DNA of 60,560 bases from a virus (lineage: Duplodnaviria; Caudoviricetes). Below, one piece after another: positions 47,346 to 53,640 of this stretch. The position numbers were made by a program, and so were the translations under genes. The stretch spans positions 1 through 60,560 of IMG/VR virus record IMGVR_UViG_3300005512_000032; one strand, 5' to 3'. Under the pieces are notes generated by a model that ran no database searches, was not told the DNA's origin, and saw only the letters and a program-made list of their open reading frames with translations. Each line of letters begins with the position of its first letter. Position 1 is the stretch's first letter.

Positions 47346-47754
47346 AAGATCCCATGTGGACCAGTAAGAATTGAGTCTTGCCCATAGACACCGGCTCAAT
47401 CTGTTCAATGAACCGTCCCCAGTAACCACACTTGTCCATCAGGTCTGCCACACAATAGGCCATCTCCAATGGATCCATGTACTTGCCGTAGACGCCCGCC
47501 AAATGCTCTGAGAACCAGAGCGGCGAGTCATCACGCATAACAGCGTGCTCTACACCTTGACTCAGGTCAGGCGACTTGAAAGCGACAGCGTATTGACCAT
47601 CAGGCAAATCAATCTGAGGACATTCATCGTCCAGTGAAAACATGATTCGCAGTGGCTGTTGGCAGTCGTTCTGTGTGCTCGACTTGAACTCATAGACGGT
47701 GCTCAGGTTATAGCCGTTCCGGAGGTCCATCGCGGCTTCATGTAAATCAACCAT
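47344..47754 (-). CDS. Hypothetical early protein
   Basis: True start is probably the ATG at 47754 after GGGAGA; the longer call runs into the ribozyme. Confidence 0.55.
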   Translation of the reverse strand: MVDLHEAAMDLRNGYNLSTVYEFKSSTQNDCQQPLRIMFSLDDECPQIDLPDGQYAVAFKSPDLSQGVEHAVMRDDSPLWFSEHLAGVYGKYMDPLEMAYCVADLMDKCGYWGRFIEQIEPVSMGKTQFLLVHMGS

Positions 47755-47772
47755 AGTTATTCTCCCGTGTTT

Positions 47773-47836
47773 TGACATGGCTCTTCAGGCCGTGGTCTGT
47801 CACACCACAACGACAGGGCCGGAGCCCTGTTTCGCC
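47773..47836 (-). ncRNA. Hammerhead ribozyme, type II (HH-D)
   Basis: - strand GGC GAAA CAGGGC-UCCG-GCCCUG UC^ GUUGUGGU-GUGACAG-ACCACGGC CUGAAGA GCC AUGUCA; loop UGACA pairs with tail UGUCA; cut between 47812 and 47811. Confidence 0.92.
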
Positions 47837-48034
47837 TCACGAACAATGACGCAGTTCGATTGCGTCCTCCGGCAGGTATACAGAATAAAAATCCTGCACG
47901 TTTTCAACCAGCTCGTCATGGAGCAGGCAGAAACTAAATGGCTTGAAATACATGATCTCGCCATCGTCAAACTTGCAGTACATGACGCGAGTGTAATTGT
48001 CGGGCATCGAGCCCATCGTGACTTTAGGTATCAT
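47837..48034 (-). CDS. Hypothetical early protein
   Basis: RBS present; stop codon abuts HH-D. Confidence 0.55.
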   Translation of the reverse strand: MIPKVTMGSMPDNYTRVMYCKFDDGEIMYFKPFSFCLLHDELVENVQDFYSVYLPEDAIELRHCS

Positions 48035-48052
48035 GGTTCCCCCTTGGGCCGC

Positions 48053-48934
48053 TTACGCGGCCTCCACTAGTGATGACATGTCGGCGGTGTCCAGAGCGAA
48101 CCGCGCCGCCTTCTCTGCGTGCGAGCATGCTGTGATCAATGCCCGCTTGTCTTTCTTCAATACGTTCAGCCAGTTGTTCAGGTATTTGGCGTGATCGTCC
48201 CGTGGCTCATTGGTGACACCAGTCACACCACAGAGAATCGCCGCACCCATCTCAGCAACCAGCTCCTCGAAGGCATACGCCTCATCGCCGAAGCGCTTGC
48301 CAAACTCACGATTGAGTCGTGACTCGTGACCGGTCCAGTGGACCAGCTCGTGGAGTGCGGTGCCGTAGTAGCCGGCAGGATCCGCGAACTGTTCAGGCTT
48401 GGGCAGGGTGATGGCGTCCACACTTGGAGCGTAGAATGCACGATCGCTGGCCACGTTGCGGATGACCGCGCCCGAACCAGATAAAACGGCTTCAGCGGTC
48501 ACGTGCTCCTCCCAGTCATTGTCATCCGGGATAGTGTCCGGCTCAATACGTAAACCATCAGCTCCCTGCACTTGGTCAATGTTGAAGACCACGAACGACT
48601 TCAGGATAGGGAACGAAACAGTCTCACCTGTCTCGTCTTCTTTGGTCACCTTAGAGAACCAGACCACGTGTGTGCCCTTGGATCCCTTGGTCACTTGAGC
48701 GCCCATCGACTTCCACTGCTTGAACGTGGCGAAGACTGGTTGGCCCCAGCCGTTGTCCATCATGGCAAGCTGAAGCATCCAGCGATTGACTCCAGAGTAT
48801 GGACGCCCAACCGCAGAGCGAGGAGCGCCGTGCTCCACTGTCGCCGCAACCCATGGCTGGGTCCAGTTGGCGCCGTGTGTCTCCATCATTTCGATCACGC
48901 GATCTGTGATCTGCTCAATAACATTTGATTTCAT
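48053..48934 (-). CDS. ardC: ArdC-like antirestriction protein (ssDNA-binding domain plus zincin)
   Basis: W..PW, YSG.N...L, TFKQW...G.QV.KG.KG, VFN.DQ, HELVHWTGH..RL.R and YA.EELVAE motifs. Confidence 0.9.
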   Translation of the reverse strand: MKSNVIEQITDRVIEMMETHGANWTQPWVAATVEHGAPRSAVGRPYSGVNRWMLQLAMMDNGWGQPVFATFKQWKSMGAQVTKGSKGTHVVWFSKVTKEDETGETVSFPILKSFVVFNIDQVQGADGLRIEPDTIPDDNDWEEHVTAEAVLSGSGAVIRNVASDRAFYAPSVDAITLPKPEQFADPAGYYGTALHELVHWTGHESRLNREFGKRFGDEAYAFEELVAEMGAAILCGVTGVTNEPRDDHAKYLNNWLNVLKKDKRALITACSHAEKAARFALDTADMSSLVEAA

Positions 48935-48953
48935 GGTGTTCTCCCAGTTGTTT

Positions 48954-49013
48954 GCCCTGTCTCATCAGTGTGGGTAGGGCTCATCCCACAGACCGGCCGG
49001 AGCCGGTTTCGAC
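48954..49013 (-). ncRNA. Hammerhead ribozyme, type II (HH-C)
   Basis: - strand GUC GAAA CCGGC-UCCG-GCCGG UC^ UGUGGG-AUGAGCCCUA-CCCACA CUGAUGA GAC AGGGC; loop GCCCU pairs with tail AGGGC; cut between 48991 and 48990. Confidence 0.95.
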
Positions 49014-49216
49014 TATGCTGGATACAACTCCTGCTTTGGCATTTCGATCTCTTCGATAACGAACTCGCAAAGTAAATTGTGAGCGGTCATCGAACCCTGC
49101 CAATTCATCGCGCATTGTTTGTTGTACGTGGACACCATCAGCACCTTTGGTGCTTGGTTCCACTTAGTGCTTCCGCGCTCTTGAGCATAGACGTTGTATA
49201 GCTTTGAAGTATCCAT
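49013..49216 (-). CDS. Hypothetical early protein (67 aa) flanked by two ribozymes
   Basis: Start MDTSKLYNV after GGGGA RBS. Confidence 0.55.
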   Translation of the reverse strand: MDTSKLYNVYAQERGSTKWNQAPKVLMVSTYNKQCAMNWQGSMTAHNLLCEFVIEEIEMPKQELYPA

Positions 49217-49237
49217 GTGTATTCCCCTTATGTGTTT

Positions 49238-49297
49238 GGCCTGTCTCATCAGTGGCAGGAGGCCGGATCTGCCAGACGCCCCGTAGGGCGTTTCGAC
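49238..49297 (-). ncRNA. Hammerhead ribozyme, type II (HH-B)
   Basis: - strand GUC GAAA CGCCC-UACG-GGGCG UC^ UGGCAG-AUCCGGCCUC-CUGCCA CUGAUGA GAC AGGCC; loop GGCCU pairs with tail AGGCC; cut between 49275 and 49274. Confidence 0.95.
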
Positions 49298-49740
49298 TAT
49301 GCCTTGGTCCAGTACGAATTGACTGGGCGGTATGTGCAGTCCCAGAGGTCTCGACACTCGCCATTCACAATCGCGGTGAGGTGACCTGAGTTGGTGACCA
49401 CAGCGCGGCTGGGTGCAGTGTGCCAGTCGCGCAACTTAATCAGTTTGCCAAGACCATCACGTGGACACTTGTTTTTGATCCAGCCCTGATCCTTCAGGTA
49501 CCGCTCAAAAACGCATGGCCAATTGGGATAGGCGCCGTATTCCATGCCCAAGTACATCAGCTCGCGGAAGACCTGTTCGTATGGCAGGTCCAGCGCGATC
49601 ACGATGGAGCGAACCACACAGTCCTCTGTGCGCTTGCCCCGAAATTTGTACCCAACCTTGGATCGTCCGCCATCGTCCCAAACCCAATTGATCTCAGATT
49701 GAAGACCAAGGTCTTTGCAAACGTCTTTGTATAAGTTCAT
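49297..49740 (-). CDS. First early gene; hypothetical, possibly a papain/C39-like fold
   Basis: DCVVRSI...GHLTAI.NG...D.WD gives a candidate Cys/His/Asp triad; GAGGA RBS. Confidence 0.55.
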   Translation of the reverse strand: MNLYKDVCKDLGLQSEINWVWDDGGRSKVGYKFRGKRTEDCVVRSIVIALDLPYEQVFRELMYLGMEYGAYPNWPCVFERYLKDQGWIKNKCPRDGLGKLIKLRDWHTAPSRAVVTNSGHLTAIVNGECRDLWDCTYRPVNSYWTKA

Positions 49741-49748
49741 AGGTAGTT

Positions 49749-49808
49749 CCTCGTGTTTCGTTGGCGTTCTCATCAGAGCAGGCTCGCCACTGCCTGCTAA
49801 CACGAAGG
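49749..49808 (-). ncRNA. Hammerhead ribozyme, type III with minimal stem II (HH-A)
   Basis: - strand CCUUCGUG UU^ AGCAGGC-AGUGGCGA-GCCUGCU CUGAUGA G-AACGCCAA-C GAAA CACGAGG; loops UGGCG and CGCCA are complementary; cut between 49799 and 49798. Confidence 0.85.
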
Positions 49809-50041
49809 AGGGTTATCCGGCTGGTGCACGGTGCGAATGTTTGAGGGAGACCTTACTGTGACAGCGGAACCCCGAAGGCGCTGAAACCATCCAGAATCCA
49901 GAAACACCGTCAGCGTGCAGACCAGATAACCTGAGAAGCAAATTGTTAAAAACCACTCCGCCGATGCGGGGCTCAGGGGCCGCCTGAGCGAGGGCTGGTT
50001 GTTGAAACATCGCCAAAGACAACACCCAACCCACATCTAGG

Positions 50042-50070
50042 ATTCTGAGACTTGCGGAGACACCTGTCAA
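50042..50070 (-). promoter_or_regulatory. Sigma70-type promoter for the early operon
   Basis: TTGACA-17 nt-CAGAAT on the - strand with an A-rich upstream tract. Confidence 0.7.
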
Positions 50071-50173
50071 CAGTTGGAGACAAAATAATTCAACTTTTTT
50101 TCGGTAAAATGGTAAGTGACTGGAGCGCAAGGGATTTTCTGGCGCCCGAAATAGATCAGACGAGGATCTCCAA

Positions 50174-50632
50174 ATGACAGAGACACGATTACAGGTAGTG
50201 GCAGGACAATCAATCAAGGGAGGACTGACCGCTAAACAAGAGGCTTTCGCTCAGGGAGTGGCATCAGGCAAGACACTCAGTGAGGCGTACAGGAATGCGT
50301 ACGATGCTGAGAACATGAAAGACGCCAGCATATGGAACGAGGCAAGCAGACTCATGGATCACCCACAGGTCACAGCGAGGGTCAGTGCGATACAGAAGGC
50401 CACAGAAGAGAAAACACTGCATGATCAGGCTCGCTTGAGGAGGCTGGTTCTTGAGCGGCTGTACGAAGAGAGCGCCAACGCAGAGAGTGACAGCGCCCGG
50501 ATCAGAGCTCTCGAACTCCTAGGCAAATCCATTGCCATGTTCACCGATAAGCTGGAACAGGAGACCAAGGAGAGGAGTGCGGCCGAGATAGAACAGGAGC
50601 TCATCGCCCGTCTTCAAAGGCTTTCGGGCTGA
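50174..50632 (+). CDS. terS: Terminase small subunit
   Basis: LTAKQEAFA......SEAYR.AY...ASRL...P.V and ALELLGK...MF motifs. Confidence 0.8.
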   Translation: MTETRLQVVAGQSIKGGLTAKQEAFAQGVASGKTLSEAYRNAYDAENMKDASIWNEASRLMDHPQVTARVSAIQKATEEKTLHDQARLRRLVLERLYEESANAESDSARIRALELLGKSIAMFTDKLEQETKERSAAEIEQELIARLQRLSG

Positions 50633-51093
50633 CGCATAATCATGATTATGTTAAATCGGTTGGAAAGGTCAGGTCATTTGCCATAGTGATCTGGCCTTTA
50701 TCTTCAGGCAAAACAGACCCACCGCCTTTTGATCTGGCCGTCATCCAGACCCCACCCCACCCGGACCCCCGGCACACACAAACACGCGGACATACATACA
50801 TACATATTGTTCTGCACAAACATTCACAGCTAAATGACAGCCCTCCCTCCCCTTGTTTGCCTGTGGTGGTAGTAAGGGGTACCCCCTTTCGTTTTCGTGG
50901 CACAGAGAGCTCGTGTGTGGCTCTGAGAGGCCCCCTCCCCTCCCCTTCTGGGTCCCATACGCCCCCGTGGGATATATTTCGTTACGATTAGTAACACCCT
51001 CGCCCGAAATTTGTTTGCCTGAGTGAAGTGTCGATTTGTCACAAGTTGTATTGCACAGGCAAGAAAAAAATGATATTTTCTCTAAAAAAAACG

Positions 51094-51181
51094 GAGTCTA
51101 GACTACTAAAGAGTCTAGACTACTGTGCACTAGACTACTTTTTTATTATTTAAGTTTAGACTACAAGGAGTCTAGACTACT
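51094..51181. repeat. Five iterated (GAGTC)TAGACTAC repeats in AT-rich non-coding DNA
   Basis: Copies at 51094, 51111, 51130, 51153 and 51168; palindromic core AGTCTAGACT. Confidence 0.85.
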
Positions 51182-51196
51182 GTCGGGAGAGCAAAA

Positions 51197-51331
51197 ATGA
51201 TTTTTATTGTCGCGTTGTTTGCCTTCTTTTTGATCACAAGTGTGCCCGAACAAGAAGAGCTGAGTGATGAGTTGTTCCATGAGGTTTTGATTGAAGTGGA
51301 ACGGCAAAATAACTGGGAGCCAGAGCAATGA
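51197..51331 (+). CDS. 44-aa peptide with hydrophobic N-terminus
   Basis: GGGAG RBS; ATGA coupling to the next ORF. Confidence 0.45.
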   Translation: MIFIVALFAFFLITSVPEQEELSDELFHEVLIEVERQNNWEPEQ

Positions 51332-51522
51332 AGTTATCGACCTTTGAAGAACTGGAAGACGGATCTGCGAACGTTGAGCTCGATCTCGATCCCGAAGAGA
51401 AGGAGATGATCATGGAAATAGGCATCAATGTGGTCATTGCCTGCGGGATCTCAAACATGAAACTGCATGACGCATACAAGATGATTATTGACCACGGCAA
51501 AGAAAACGAAGTGGTAGAATAA
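51328..51522 (+). CDS. Hypothetical protein
   Basis: E.EDGSA...D motif. Confidence 0.55.
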   Translation: MKLSTFEELEDGSANVELDLDPEEKEMIMEIGINVVIACGISNMKLHDAYKMIIDHGKENEVVE

Positions 51523-51556
51523 ACACAAGCAACAATCTCGTCTCCCAGTTGCTCTT

Positions 51557-51583
51557 AGGGGTCCGATTGGACCCCCTTCTTTT
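51557..51583 (+). terminator. Rho-independent terminator
   Basis: GGGGTCC-GATT-GGACCCC followed by CTTCTTTT. Confidence 0.65.
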
Positions 51584-51606
51584 ACCGGAGACGCCAAGGA
51601 GACAAC

Positions 51607-51834
51607 ATGTATTTCAGCATTCATTACGAAAACGGAACCTGTTCGTTCGAGCAGACCATCAATCTCCCTGTTTCAGATCCCGATGCGGTCGTTGAGTCAA
51701 TGACTAACTTCATCAAGACTGTGTTTGAAGTGCCCAAGGTCGATAAGACCAAGGACCGCGAAGAGGCTCGTTCTGAGCTGTACAGCGCGGCGGATGAAAT
51801 CATCCAAGACATGTACGGGTACTACGATGAGTAA
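51607..51834 (+). CDS. Hypothetical protein
   Basis: AAGGAG RBS. Confidence 0.5.
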   Translation: MYFSIHYENGTCSFEQTINLPVSDPDAVVESMTNFIKTVFEVPKVDKTKDREEARSELYSAADEIIQDMYGYYDE

Positions 51835-52048
51835 CATCATCAACTTCCCCGGTGACACATCGCTTGATCTTGACGCGAACGAAATGATCAGAAGTGTCGC
51901 TGACGAGTTCAACTTCGAAAGCATTGTGATCGTTGGATTCACAGGCAATGATGAATTTACATTGTGTTCATCTGTAGGCAAATCATCTGACATGGTGTTT
52001 ATGTTGGAGATGGGCAAGCATGCGGTTATTCAATCGTCTCAGTGTTAA
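51827..52048 (+). CDS. Hypothetical protein
   Basis: Likely start MSNIINFPG, overlapping the previous stop. Confidence 0.5.
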   Translation: MSNIINFPGDTSLDLDANEMIRSVADEFNFESIVIVGFTGNDEFTLCSSVGKSSDMVFMLEMGKHAVIQSSQC

Positions 52049-52119
52049 TCCAGTTGCCAAAACTGCATGGATTTTCAATAAGTCCAAGCAGTTCAAGGAC
52101 CGAAAAAGGGCTTTGAAGC

Positions 52120-53640
52120 GTGGAGAAAGCAAGCATCGACCTGTCGAGTTACGCGAACCAGATTAAGAGCATGTCGCCCGATGAACAGCGTGAGCTTCTC
52201 AAGCTGTTCGATGAACTCCAGACAGTCAAAAACAAAGAATTAGCCCAGACGGACTTCATTGAGTTTGTCAAACAGGTCTGGCCTGCGTTTATTGCGGGCC
52301 GGCACCACCAAATCATGGCCGATGCGTTCGAACGTGTGGCAAAAGGTGAGCTCAAGCGCCTGATTATCAATATGCCACCCCGACACACCAAGTCAGAATT
52401 CGCTTCATACTTGTTCCCCGCTTGGTTTCTTGGGCAATATCCCGAAAAAAAGGTGATTCAGACCGCACACACCGCAGAATTGGCGGTAAATTTCGGTCGT
52501 AAAGTCCGCAACTTGGTCGATAACCCCGATTACAAGAACGTGTTCAGCGATTTATCCCTGTCAGCAGACTCAAAGGCCGCCGGTCGGTGGGCAACCTCCG
52601 CAGGCGGAGACTATTTTGCGATTGGTGTGGGCGGTGCAGTGACCGGTAAGGGAGCTGATGTGTTAATTATCGATGACCCCCACTCCGAACAAGACGCCGC
52701 CATGGGCGCGTACAACCCTGAAGTGTATGACAAGGTCTACGAGTGGTACACATCTGGACCACGACAGCGTTTACAGCCCGGTGGGTCAATTATTATCGTG
52801 ATGACACGCTGGTCCGTTCGAGATCTCACTGGGCAAATCATCAAGAAATCCGCCGAGCGCGAAGGTTCCGACGAATGGGAAGTCATTGAATTCCCGGCAA
52901 TCATGCCATCCGGTGAGCCGCTGTGGCCTGAGTTCTGGCCGCTCCCCCAACTCGAAGCACTGAAGGCTGAATTGCCTGTTTCGAAGTGGCAAGCCCAGTA
53001 CCAGCAAGATCCAACGTCCGAAGAAGGCGCACTGATTAAGCGTGAGTGGTGGCGCACGTGGGACAGCCTAGATCCACCGCCCTGCGAGGCAATCATTCAG
53101 TCTTGGGACACCGCGTTCTTAAAAACACAGCGCTCGGACTACTCAGCTTGCACCACGTGGGGTGTCTTTTATCATCCCAATGATGACGGTAAGGATGTTC
53201 CAAATCTGATATTATTGGATTCATTCAAGGGCAAATACGAATTCCCTGAGCTGAAGAAAATTGCACATCAGCATTATTGGGAGTGGGAGCCTGACCAAAT
53301 GATCGTGGAAGCCAAGGCATCTGGTGCGCCACTGGTTTTTGAGTTAAGGTCGATGGGGATTCCGGTCACGGAGTTTACGCCATCCCGAGGTCAGGATAAA
53401 ATTGCCCGAGTGAATGCGATTACAGATTTGTTTGCGTCCGGTGTGGTATGGGCACCACCCACCCGCTGGTCAGATGAATTGATTGAAGAGTGTGCCGCGT
53501 TCCCAAGTGGGGACCATGATGACTTAGTGGACTCAATGTCTCAGGCCCTGCTTCGATTCCGTCAAGGTGGATGGATCCGAAGCAGTATGGATGACTGGGA
53601 TGATGAGCCAACTCACAAGCAAAAGGTTGAATATTACTGA
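52120..53640 (+). CDS. terL: Terminase large subunit
   Basis: INMPPRHTKSE Walker A, LIIDDP Walker B, SWDTA and HDDLVDS nuclease motifs. Confidence 0.95.
   Translation: MEKASIDLSSYANQIKSMSPDEQRELLKLFDELQTVKNKELAQTDFIEFVKQVWPAFIAGRHHQIMADAFERVAKGELKRLIINMPPRHTKSEFASYLFPAWFLGQYPEKKVIQTAHTAELAVNFGRKVRNLVDNPDYKNVFSDLSLSADSKAAGRWATSAGGDYFAIGVGGAVTGKGADVLIIDDPHSEQDAAMGAYNPEVYDKVYEWYTSGPRQRLQPGGSIIIVMTRWSVRDLTGQIIKKSAEREGSDEWEVIEFPAIMPSGEPLWPEFWPLPQLEALKAELPVSKWQAQYQQDPTSEEGALIKREWWRTWDSLDPPPCEAIIQSWDTAFLKTQRSDYSACTTWGVFYHPNDDGKDVPNLILLDSFKGKYEFPELKKIAHQHYWEWEPDQMIVEAKASGAPLVFELRSMGIPVTEFTPSRGQDKIARVNAITDLFASGVVWAPPTRWSDELIEECAAFPSGDHDDLVDSMSQALLRFRQGGWIRSSMDDWDDEPTHKQKVEYY

Noticed and set aside
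46655-49297. Repeated intergenic elements as a CRISPR array, attC sites or REP elements
   Set aside because: Spacing is gene-sized, no cas or integrase gene is present, and conservation matches the hammerhead core and pairing instead.
49217-49364. N-terminal extensions of the ORF-track calls 49013..49357, 49297..49803 and 47344..47778
   Set aside because: The extensions run through ribozymes; better RBS-linked starts lie at 49216, 49740 and 47754.
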